From a virus, in IMG/VR virus record IMGVR_UViG_3300012357_000001, positions 1 to 64,000 of that record: DNA of 64,000 nt; one strand, given 5' to 3'. Each line of letters opens with the position of its first letter. The first letter of the stretch is position 1. Below, piece after piece: positions 49,353-56,312 of this stretch. The notes under the pieces are model-generated. The model was not told the DNA's origin and searched no databases. It was given only the letters and a program-made list of their open reading frames with translations. The translations under genes were made by a program, and so were the position numbers.

Positions 49353-49702
49353 CCGGCCGACGGAGGGTCCGGATCCGGATCACCTGCGTCAACTGCCTGC
49401 GTGCGGATCAAGCGCACCGAGGCCACGGCTGGTGCCAGGCCTGCTACATGCGCTGGTCTCGCGCCGGACGGCCCGACACCGGACCGCCCGCGCCCTACGA
49501 GGTGCAGCTGGTCGACGACGTCGCCATTGAGCTCGCCGTGAAGGGCGCGCGCCCGTGGCTCACCCCGCGCGAACGCCGCATCGCCGTCGCCGAGCTGCGT
49601 CTGCGCGGCCTGTCCCTGAACGCCATCGCCGACCGGCTCGGCTGCACCCAGCGCACCGTCGTGCGCCACGTATCCGCGATCAAGAAGGGGGCGTACGCAT
49701 GA
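49349..49702 (+). CDS. DNA-binding protein: zinc finger plus sigma70-region-4/LuxR-like HTH
   Basis: GTGA coupling. CVNCL...HGWCQACY, then LTPRERRIAVAELRLRGLSLNAIADRLGCTQRTVVRHV. Confidence 0.6.
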   Translation: MTGRRRVRIRITCVNCLRADQAHRGHGWCQACYMRWSRAGRPDTGPPAPYEVQLVDDVAIELAVKGARPWLTPRERRIAVAELRLRGLSLNAIADRLGCTQRTVVRHVSAIKKGAYA

Positions 49703-50015
49703 TGGCACGCTACGCGGCCGGTACCGAGGTGTCCTCGGACCGGTCCCGCACCGAGATCGAGAGGACGCTGCGCCGCTACGGCGCCACGCAGTTCCTGTAC
49801 GGCTGGAGCGGGCGCCGCGCCACCGTGGGCTTCACCGCGCACGGCCGCAGCATCCGCTTCGAGCTGCCGATGCCCGACGCGAACGACCGCGAGTTCACTC
49901 GCACCGACACCGGGCGGACGCGCTCCGAGACCACGTCGCCGAGGCGTACGTCACCGGCCGCGTGCCCGCGCTGCTGCCGGACTACCGGATCGCCATCGAA
50001 TCAGGAGGACACTGA
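49699..50015 (+). CDS. small phage protein with an apparent reading-frame break near 49900-49930
   Basis: The N-terminal 77 aa are protein-like in the ATG 49699 frame. The protein-like, GC3-rich continuation (DHVAEAYVTGRVPALLPDYRIAIESGGH, stop 50013-50015) is in the -1 frame. Confidence 0.35.
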
Positions 50016-50016
50016 T

Positions 50017-50280
50017 ATGCCGACCTATAAATTCGAGCGGGTCACCCGCTATGTCACCAAGTACGTCAAGTGTCGCGGGTGCAGTGCGCGGCTCAAGCGC
50101 TCCGCCACCCTCGGCCAGACCATCAACCCGTTCAACAAAGGGGCGAACGGCGTTCCCAAGACTCGCCTGCAGATCGTCTTAGAGCTCGAAGACGAGGCGG
50201 GCACCTGGTACCCGGCCAACGACATCTGCCGCAAGTGCGACAACCTGGCCCACGCCAGGCATCTGCTCGAGGAGTGCTGA
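50017..50280 (+). CDS. zinc-ribbon protein
   Basis: RBS aggagga at 50003-50009, then ATG 50017. CRGC...CRKC pairs. Confidence 0.55.
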   Translation: MPTYKFERVTRYVTKYVKCRGCSARLKRSATLGQTINPFNKGANGVPKTRLQIVLELEDEAGTWYPANDICRKCDNLAHARHLLEEC

Positions 50281-50296
50281 GCGGTACATTGCGGAC

Positions 50297-50527
50297 ATGA
50301 CCACTCGACTGCAGGCGCTCGTGAGGATCCAGGCCGGGACGGAGCGGGCGCGCTGGCCGGACATCATGCCCGGCGACGTGTGGGACGACGCCGACGACGT
50401 CAACGCCTCCCGGCTGATCAGCAACGGATCGGCGGTCGCCGCTCCGGCTGGCACGGTCAGCTACCCGCATCAAGACCTGAGGCTGCTCGACGGCGTGCCG
50501 GGGCTGCGCAAGGCGGTGAGCAACTGA
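50297..50527 (+). CDS. hypothetical protein
   Basis: Track ORF. Confidence 0.45.
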   Translation: MTTRLQALVRIQAGTERARWPDIMPGDVWDDADDVNASRLISNGSAVAAPAGTVSYPHQDLRLLDGVPGLRKAVSN

Positions 50528-50793
50528 TGACGATCTACAGCCGCCACCCGCTGTGGGCGCCGAGCGCCACGCAGCGGATGCCGCGTCCCGAGCAGACCCT
50601 GCGGATCAGCATTCGTCCGGGTGTGCTCACCAGCCTGTACGCAGCTATTAGCCGGGACGTCTCGAAGGGCGCCCCGCAGGCGACGCGCACCCCGGTGCGC
50701 CCGGCCAATGAGACCGACTTCACCGCGGACGGCGTAGCCGATCCCGACACCGAGGTGCCGATGCCGCAGTGGCACCGTGGTGTGACCAACTAG
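50527..50793 (+). CDS. hypothetical protein
   Basis: M50 of track ORF 50380..50793. TGATG junction. Confidence 0.45.
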   Translation: MTIYSRHPLWAPSATQRMPRPEQTLRISIRPGVLTSLYAAISRDVSKGAPQATRTPVRPANETDFTADGVADPDTEVPMPQWHRGVTN

Positions 50794-50796
50794 CGG

Positions 50797-50817
50797 ACCG
50801 GGTATAGTTGTCATCAG
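50797..50817 (+). promoter_or_regulatory. class-1 promoter-like box (ACCGGGTATAGTTGTCATCAG)
   Basis: Identical 21-mer, 4 nt after stop 50791-50793 and 30 nt upstream of ATG 50847. Confidence 0.6.
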
Positions 50818-50846
50818 AAGTATCGGAAACCAGGTCAGGGAGAGAC

Positions 50847-51308
50847 ATGAAGGTCACGCGCACACGCACGCACAGGAAGATCGCGGCCGTCATAGCGGCT
50901 GCCGTCGCGGCAACCGTTTTCACGATGTACGAGACGTCCGGGAACAGCGACGCCGGTCCACCGGTGCAGGTGCAGGCCGCCCCGGCGCAGCCCGTCGATC
51001 CGGCCGCGGTGCTGGCGTCAATGCACGTCCCGACCGACGGTCGGATCTCCGGCCCGATCGACACCGAGGGCGACCAGTACGCCAGCGGCTCGTTCGCCGA
51101 CGGCGAGCAGGTCACGGTGTATACGTACACATACACATCCGCCCAGGCCATGGCCGCCGACGCCGAGTACTTCAAGATCCCCGGACCCGGCAACGCGGAC
51201 AGGGTGCTGCTCGGCTCCAGATTCATCGTCGTGGTGACCGGCGTCGGCAGCGCCTTCCCGGAGAACCCGGCCACGCTGGCGAAGGAGTCCGGCACGACTC
51301 TTGACTAG
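50847..51308 (+). CDS. secreted or membrane-anchored protein
   Basis: M14 of the track ORF. N-terminal basic stretch plus hydrophobic helix (KIAAVIAAAVAATVF). Has its own promoter-like box and start motif. Confidence 0.55.
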   Translation: MKVTRTRTHRKIAAVIAAAVAATVFTMYETSGNSDAGPPVQVQAAPAQPVDPAAVLASMHVPTDGRISGPIDTEGDQYASGSFADGEQVTVYTYTYTSAQAMAADAEYFKIPGPGNADRVLLGSRFIVVVTGVGSAFPENPATLAKESGTTLD

Positions 51309-51314
51309 GCCTGC

Positions 51315-51329
51315 TAGACTTGTCATCAG
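51315..51329 (+). promoter_or_regulatory. class-1 promoter-like box, variant (TAGACTTGTCATCAG)
   Basis: -10-like TAGACT plus TGTCATCAG, 7 nt after stop 51306-51308 and 37 nt upstream of ATG 51366. Confidence 0.5.
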
Positions 51330-51365
51330 TAGACAGTTCAGGGAAGATCAAGAAGGAAGGCCCCC

Positions 51366-51932
51366 ATGACCAACACGACCCGCCCGCTCTCCCAGATCGC
51401 GCGTGAGATCGTGCGCGACTGGAAGAGCCCGTATTTCGGCGCCGTGCCTTACCTCGAGGCGATGCTGAGGCTCAACACGATCAACGACTCGTTCGGGCAC
51501 GATGAGGCGGACGACATCGTCCGCTACTTCCTGTCCAACGCAGCCACGTGGCGCGGCGAGACCGCTCGGCGCGTCAAGGTCGAGCTGAAGGCGATGCTGA
51601 AGGCCACCCTGGCGCGCCGCGCGTCCGGCGTTGCCGACACGCAGCGCGCTGACCTCGCTCCGGATACCGACACTGGTTCAGACCTGCGGCCGGTTTCTTT
51701 CAGAGCTGCGCACCGCGCCGCATACCTCGCGGGCGACGCGGCCCGCTATGAGGCGGAGATGATCGAGGAGGCGTGCTGGCGGGTCTACGACTACGAGAAA
51801 GACGCCTACCTCGGCCTGGTCCGCGACCCCAACGAGTACTACGAGGTCACCGACTTCGGCTGCGCGGACTACGTGGCGTACGCGCTGAACCACAGCCACG
51901 CGCGCCAGCTGCTCGGCAAGGGTAGGGGCTGA
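51366..51932 (+). CDS. hypothetical protein
   Basis: Track ORF preceded by a promoter-like box and TTCAGGGAAGA. Confidence 0.55.
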   Translation: MTNTTRPLSQIAREIVRDWKSPYFGAVPYLEAMLRLNTINDSFGHDEADDIVRYFLSNAATWRGETARRVKVELKAMLKATLARRASGVADTQRADLAPDTDTGSDLRPVSFRAAHRAAYLAGDAARYEAEMIEEACWRVYDYEKDAYLGLVRDPNEYYEVTDFGCADYVAYALNHSHARQLLGKGRG

Positions 51933-51934
51933 CC

Positions 51935-52135
51935 ATGGATCGCTGTTGGTGCGGATACGAGGCGGCCGGATCCACCGTGGCCGGTCGCCTGGCGCGGTGG
52001 AACGCGGCGGCCGACGCGGTGAACCGCGCGGTGTACGGAGCCAACGAAGCCCAGGCGCGCGAGGAGCAGGAAGCCTGGGACGCGATGGCGGACCACGATG
52101 ACCCCGAGTACGTGAAGCGCGTGGAGGCGACATGA
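51935..52135 (+). CDS. hypothetical protein
   Basis: Track ORF. Confidence 0.45.
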   Translation: MDRCWCGYEAAGSTVAGRLARWNAAADAVNRAVYGANEAQAREEQEAWDAMADHDDPEYVKRVEAT

Positions 52136-52485
52136 CGAAGATCAATGTGGAGAGGGAGATCACCACTACCACGCTGACGGTGCTGCTCCCCGCAGACACG
52201 CCGCAGTTCGACAGGCCGTACAGCAACGAAAAACTGCAGCTGGTCAAGCTGCAGTTGTCGTACACCACCATCACCCAGGGAGAGTCGTGGGCTCTCTCAG
52301 ACGGACGTGTCGTCGGCTACGTCATCCGCAAGGACGGCAGCCTGGGCCAGCCCAGGGACAACGCTCTGTATGTCCACATCAACGGCCAGCCGAGCAATGC
52401 GTGGCCGGACTGGGCAAAGGCCCTGGCCGAGGAACTCGCACCGAGGCCGGGCTCCGGCCCTGTCAGATCGAGGAGCACGTCGTGA
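52132..52485 (+). CDS. hypothetical protein
   Basis: Track ORF with ATGA coupling. Confidence 0.5.
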   Translation: MTKINVEREITTTTLTVLLPADTPQFDRPYSNEKLQLVKLQLSYTTITQGESWALSDGRVVGYVIRKDGSLGQPRDNALYVHINGQPSNAWPDWAKALAEELAPRPGSGPVRSRSTS

Positions 52486-52739
52486 GCCACACCAAGGAAA
52501 AGACCCCGGAGATCTTCATCATGATCAAGGACTGCTGCTGCGGTGTGGACCATCGCATGAAGCGGTCCGCGTGGACGAAGTACCGCGACTCCGTGAAGGA
52601 CAAGCTGCCCACGATGCCGGTCGGCAGCGGCCTCGCCTGCTGGCGAGTGCCGCGGATCTACGTCACCTGCCACGGCATCGCGGCGGCCGACGTGCCGGGG
52701 CTGGCCAAGCTCTACGGCTGGGAAGAGGTGACGCCGTGA
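52482..52739 (+). CDS. hypothetical Cys-rich protein
   Basis: GTGA coupling. Residue 66 onward of track ORF 52287..52739. Confidence 0.45.
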   Translation: MSHTKEKTPEIFIMIKDCCCGVDHRMKRSAWTKYRDSVKDKLPTMPVGSGLACWRVPRIYVTCHGIAAADVPGLAKLYGWEEVTP

Positions 52740-52984
52740 CGCAGTGCCCGTGGAAGATCCACTGGGCGGCCGGTCAGGAGCACACCACGCAGTGCGGCAG
52801 GAACAGGCACAGCGACCAGCACCACCGGGGCAGGCATCCCAACCCGGACTCCTCGACCGGCTACACGGTGATCCAGTGGATCGCCGGTGACCGCCGCGAG
52901 TACACCGGCGAGTGGCCCGGCCCGTGCGTCGAGACGCCTGGGTGCGTCCTGCACACCCGGCACAAGGGAAGGTGTGCGACGTGA
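52736..52984 (+). CDS. hypothetical Cys/His-rich protein
   Basis: GTGA coupling. In frame with track ORF 52307..52984. Confidence 0.45.
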   Translation: MTQCPWKIHWAAGQEHTTQCGRNRHSDQHHRGRHPNPDSSTGYTVIQWIAGDRREYTGEWPGPCVETPGCVLHTRHKGRCAT

Positions 52985-53469
52985 TCGAGATCATCGCGTT
53001 CCTGACCGCGCAGTACGACGAAGAGGAAGCCGCCGCGCGTGCGTCCGCCGAAGCCGACCCGGCGCCGTGGACCGCCTACGCCGTCGGCGAGCAGAGCACC
53101 GGCCTGGGAACCGGCCTGCGCAGCGGCCACGGCTACGGGTCCGTCTCCGCGGCCGACGACGTCGACCTGTGGGACTGCGAGGGCAGCAGCATGCTGTGCA
53201 TGACGGCGCCGACGGCGCGGCACACCGCGATGCACGACCCGGCCCGGGTATTCGTCGAACTGGAAGTCAAGCGGGCTCGGCTCAAGCTGCATAGCCCCGA
53301 CACACGCAGGATGCCGTCACGCTGCCTGGTGTGCCTGAGCGACCGGGCCGGACGCATGTCCGACGACTGGGAGCCGGACGTGTGGCCGTGCAAGACGGTC
53401 CTGTTGGACGCGGCCGTCTACGTCGGCCGACCCGGCTACCAGAAGGAGTGGATCATCGATGACGACTGA
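52981..53469 (+). CDS. DUF6221-like protein
   Basis: GTGA coupling. The pattern FLTAQYDEEEAAARA...HDPARVFVELEVKRARLKLH...CLVC...WPCKT matches my recollection of this actinobacterial/phage family. Confidence 0.5.
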   Translation: MIEIIAFLTAQYDEEEAAARASAEADPAPWTAYAVGEQSTGLGTGLRSGHGYGSVSAADDVDLWDCEGSSMLCMTAPTARHTAMHDPARVFVELEVKRARLKLHSPDTRRMPSRCLVCLSDRAGRMSDDWEPDVWPCKTVLLDAAVYVGRPGYQKEWIIDDD

Positions 53470-53767
53470 CGTGGACGCGCGAACCCGGCTGCGGATGGCC
53501 CGGTACGGGGTTGCGGGCAACCCCGACGCCCTGAGGATCTACGAGCTGGCGAACGCAGCGCTGGCCGAGCAGGACGCCGAGATCTACCGGTTGAAGGATG
53601 CCCTGGCGGCTCTGGCGGACCAGGCCGTGCTGCACGCCACCGGAGCGCAGTGCGAGGTGATCATCGCGTCCGGGGTGGTGGACAACGAGACGCCTGGTAC
53701 GATCTTGCGCTCGACCGATGACACGAGGAGCTGGGAGCTCACAGGCGGTGGGTGGCAGCTGAGGTGA
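53459..53767 (+). CDS. hypothetical protein
   Basis: Track ORF. Last gene before the terminator at 53785-53804. Confidence 0.5.
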   Translation: MTTDVDARTRLRMARYGVAGNPDALRIYELANAALAEQDAEIYRLKDALAALADQAVLHATGAQCEVIIASGVVDNETPGTILRSTDDTRSWELTGGGWQLR

Positions 53768-53784
53768 GGATGGATACCAGCGAG

Positions 53785-53804
53785 GCCCGGACTACGGTCC
53801 GGGC
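53785..53804 (+). terminator. terminator hairpin identical to 38069-38088 (weak T tract)
   Basis: Same 20-bp hairpin (23-bp identity including the GAG flank), 18 nt after stop 53765-53767, followed by CTTCGTCGT. Confidence 0.55.
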
Positions 53805-53824
53805 CTTCGTCGTGCCTGGTGGCA

Positions 53825-53841
53825 TATCATTGTCCGCAGTA
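53825..53841 (+). promoter_or_regulatory. class-1 promoter-like box, variant (TATCATTGTCCGCAGTA)
   Basis: -10-like TATCAT plus TGTCCGCAG, 21 nt after the terminator hairpin and about 50 nt upstream of ATG 53890 (lysis/late unit). Confidence 0.45.
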
Positions 53842-53889
53842 CGCTTGTCCCGAATCGACCTTGTCGTCAGCCGTCAGGAGATCTAGATC

Positions 53890-54171
53890 ATGGGTAACTT
53901 CGGCAGTTTCCTCGCATCGGCCAAGCACCTGCTCAGCGAGATCACGGGCGAGGCGGCCCGCGCGGCCGAGGCGGCCCTGCTGAACCTGGAGTCCGAGGCC
54001 CAGAACGTGCGCAGCACGGTCGACGACCTGCTGGCGAAGGCCAAGTCCGACGCCGAGGCGGCGGTCGCCGCAGCCGAGCCCGAGGTCAAGTCGGCGGTCA
54101 CCGCGCTGGTCGCCAATCTGGAGGCCGACCTGAAGGCCGCGCTCGCCCAGCTGGCCGTCCACGGTCTCTGA
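53890..54171 (+). CDS. amphipathic helical protein, first gene of the lysis/late unit
   Basis: Track ORF. Ala/Glu/Leu-rich helical sequence with no TM helix. Preceded by a promoter-like box and GTCAGGAGATC. Confidence 0.5.
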   Translation: MGNFGSFLASAKHLLSEITGEAARAAEAALLNLESEAQNVRSTVDDLLAKAKSDAEAAVAAAEPEVKSAVTALVANLEADLKAALAQLAVHGL

Positions 54172-54178
54172 TCCGCCG

Positions 54179-54349
54179 GTGGTAGCCACGATCAACGCGT
54201 TCTTCGCCTGGCCCGGCGGAGGCGTGTGGTCCAATCTGCTCGCCTCCGTCGTGTGGACCGTTCCGGCTCTGATCTGGCATCACAAGACGGTCATGAAGAA
54301 GCTGGACAGGCACCACGAGGAGACGATGCGAGAGGTGAGGTCGAAATGA
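54179..54349 (+). CDS. holin-like small membrane protein (56 aa)
   Basis: Translated by hand; below the track cut-off. GTG start, two hydrophobic segments, basic C-terminus. ATGA overlap with the endolysin start. Confidence 0.4.
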   Translation: MVATINAFFAWPGGGVWSNLLASVVWTVPALIWHHKTVMKKLDRHHEETMREVRSK

Positions 54350-55323
54350 CGATCTGGTATCCGGACGTCTCCAACTACAACAAGTCCATGCCTCTCGAAG
54401 CGGGCACGGTCGCGGTGTGTGCGAAGGCGTCCGAAGGAACCGGCTACACGGACCCGTACTACGGGCACTTCAAGGCGGAGGCCGCCCGCGTCGGCGCAGT
54501 CTTCTTCGGGTATCACTTCCTGCACGCCGGGTACGGCGCGGCGCAGGCCGACCACTGCTTCGCCGTGACCGGCCCCGGCATCAACATCATGATCGACCAG
54601 GAGCCGACGGGGAGCAGCAACCCGAGCGTCCAGGACGCGGTCGACTTCGCCGTGCGCTACCGGCAGCATGGCGGGCTGTGCACCGTGGACTACCTGCCGA
54701 AGTGGTACTGGGGGCAGATCGGATCCCCGGCGCTCGCGCCGCTGCGCTCCTCGGGTCTGCACCTGGTCTCCAGCAGTTACGTCACCTACTCGGACAACGG
54801 CTCCGGCTGGCAGCCGTACGGCGGCTCGACCCCGGAGATCTGGCAGTACACCGACCGTCAGCCGTACTCCGGGCTGCTCGTGGACTTCAACGCCTACCGA
54901 GGGACCGTCGACCAGCTCAAGACGCTGCTCGGCTACACCTCCGTGGTGACTCCGCCTCCGCCGCCTCCGCCTCCGCCGCCCCCCGTCGTACCTCCAGGAG
55001 AGATCTTCATGGACCTCATCAGCGTCAGCCCCGACCCCACGCAGCCCGGATCCACCGGCACCACCGGGTTCTTCGGCGTGTACGAAGGCCTCGGAGTCGT
55101 CCACTTCGACCAGGCCACCTGGAAGGACTCCGGACCGGCTTACGTCACCCGGTACGGCCCGGTGAAGCCGGTCAGCCTGGACTACTACAACCGGGTGTCC
55201 GCCATGAGCGGAAAGACCGCGATCAGCCTCACCGACGCGCAGGTCGCCGCCCTCGGCGCGGCCATCGGCGCGGCCGTGAAGCTCCCGGCCTTCCCGACCA
55301 CGGTCACCGGAACGTTCAAGTGA
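54346..55323 (+). CDS. endolysin: GH25 muramidase, poly-Pro linker, C-terminal domain
   Basis: M41 of the track ORF. YPDVSNYN...AKASEGTGYTDPYY...GYHFL...IWQYTD is the GH25 pattern, followed by PPPPPPPPPPP and a domain of about 100 aa. Confidence 0.8.
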   Translation: MTIWYPDVSNYNKSMPLEAGTVAVCAKASEGTGYTDPYYGHFKAEAARVGAVFFGYHFLHAGYGAAQADHCFAVTGPGINIMIDQEPTGSSNPSVQDAVDFAVRYRQHGGLCTVDYLPKWYWGQIGSPALAPLRSSGLHLVSSSYVTYSDNGSGWQPYGGSTPEIWQYTDRQPYSGLLVDFNAYRGTVDQLKTLLGYTSVVTPPPPPPPPPPPVVPPGEIFMDLISVSPDPTQPGSTGTTGFFGVYEGLGVVHFDQATWKDSGPAYVTRYGPVKPVSLDYYNRVSAMSGKTAISLTDAQVAALGAAIGAAVKLPAFPTTVTGTFK

Positions 55324-56312
55324 GCCGCTCGGACAGCACTCGAGAGCGCCGTCGCGGCAAGTACGGACGACTGCCCAACGACCCGAGTCGTCCGCGACTG
55401 CACTTGTCCCGCTCGCTGACCGGCGTCGTGCTCAGCTACCCGCCCGCCGACGACAACCTCGCCAGGCTCAGCGGGTGGCAGATGCTGGGCAACGACAGCC
55501 TCGGCGACTGCGTCGCCGTCACCTGGTCGAACCTGCGCAGGCTGACCACGGCCTGGCTGAGCAGCGAGGTCTACCCGCCGCTCTCCCAGGTGCTGAAGGT
55601 CTACGCCACGCAGAACCCAGGCGGCGGCGACAACGGCATGGACATCCAGACGCTGCTCGAGTACCTGGTGTCGACCGGAGGGCCTGACGGTGTCAAGGCG
55701 CTCGGCTTCGCCGCGGTCGACCACACCAACCCGGACGAGGTCAAGGCCGCAATCGCGATCTTCGGCGGCGTGTGGGTCGGCTTCGACGTGCTGGCGGCCA
55801 ACGAGACCGAGTTCGACTCCAGCCAGCCGTGGGACTACGTTCCCGGCTCGCCCGATGTCGGCGGGCACAGCGTGCTGGTCGGCGGGTACGGCGCCGCTCC
55901 TCCGAGCAGCGCACCGCAGTTGGGCGCCGACGAGAAGTTCATCACCTGGGCCGAGGAGACGTCGTTCACCGACTCGTTCTGGTCTCACCAGGTCAGTGAG
56001 TGCTGGGTGGTCGTCTGGCCCGAGCACCTGGGCTCGAAGGAGTTTCTGGCCAGTGTCGATCTGGCGCAGCTCGCCGCCGACTACACCGACATCACCGGAA
56101 AGCCGTTCCCGGCGCCGGTACCGGCCCCGGCCCCGACTCCCGCGCCCACGCCGACGCCGCCCCCGCCGATCCCGACGCCTGTGCCGCCGCTGCCGCCGGT
56201 GCCGGTCCCGCCCGCGCCGCCGGTGCCCGTGCCCCCGGAGCCCAACGTCATCAAGTGGCTGATTCAGGCTCTGGAGCACCTGATCGCTGTCCTGAAGAAG
56301 ATGCTTCCGTGA
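55320..56312 (+). CDS. papain-like cysteine peptidase (second lysin candidate)
   Basis: GTGA coupling. GNDSLGDCVAV (Cys) and GGHSVLVGGY (His). Pro-rich linker and a C-terminal amphipathic helix, NVIKWLIQALEHLIAVLKKMLP. Confidence 0.5.
   Translation: MSRSDSTRERRRGKYGRLPNDPSRPRLHLSRSLTGVVLSYPPADDNLARLSGWQMLGNDSLGDCVAVTWSNLRRLTTAWLSSEVYPPLSQVLKVYATQNPGGGDNGMDIQTLLEYLVSTGGPDGVKALGFAAVDHTNPDEVKAAIAIFGGVWVGFDVLAANETEFDSSQPWDYVPGSPDVGGHSVLVGGYGAAPPSSAPQLGADEKFITWAEETSFTDSFWSHQVSECWVVVWPEHLGSKEFLASVDLAQLAADYTDITGKPFPAPVPAPAPTPAPTPTPPPPIPTPVPPLPPVPVPPAPPVPVPPEPNVIKWLIQALEHLIAVLKKMLP

Noticed and set aside
54955-54990. Poly-Pro coding tract in the endolysin and the Pro-rich tract at about 56100-56240, as possible regulatory or slippage repeats.
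   Set aside because: Both are in frame and lie between recognisable domains. They behave as ordinary interdomain linkers, and nothing suggests a DNA-level function.
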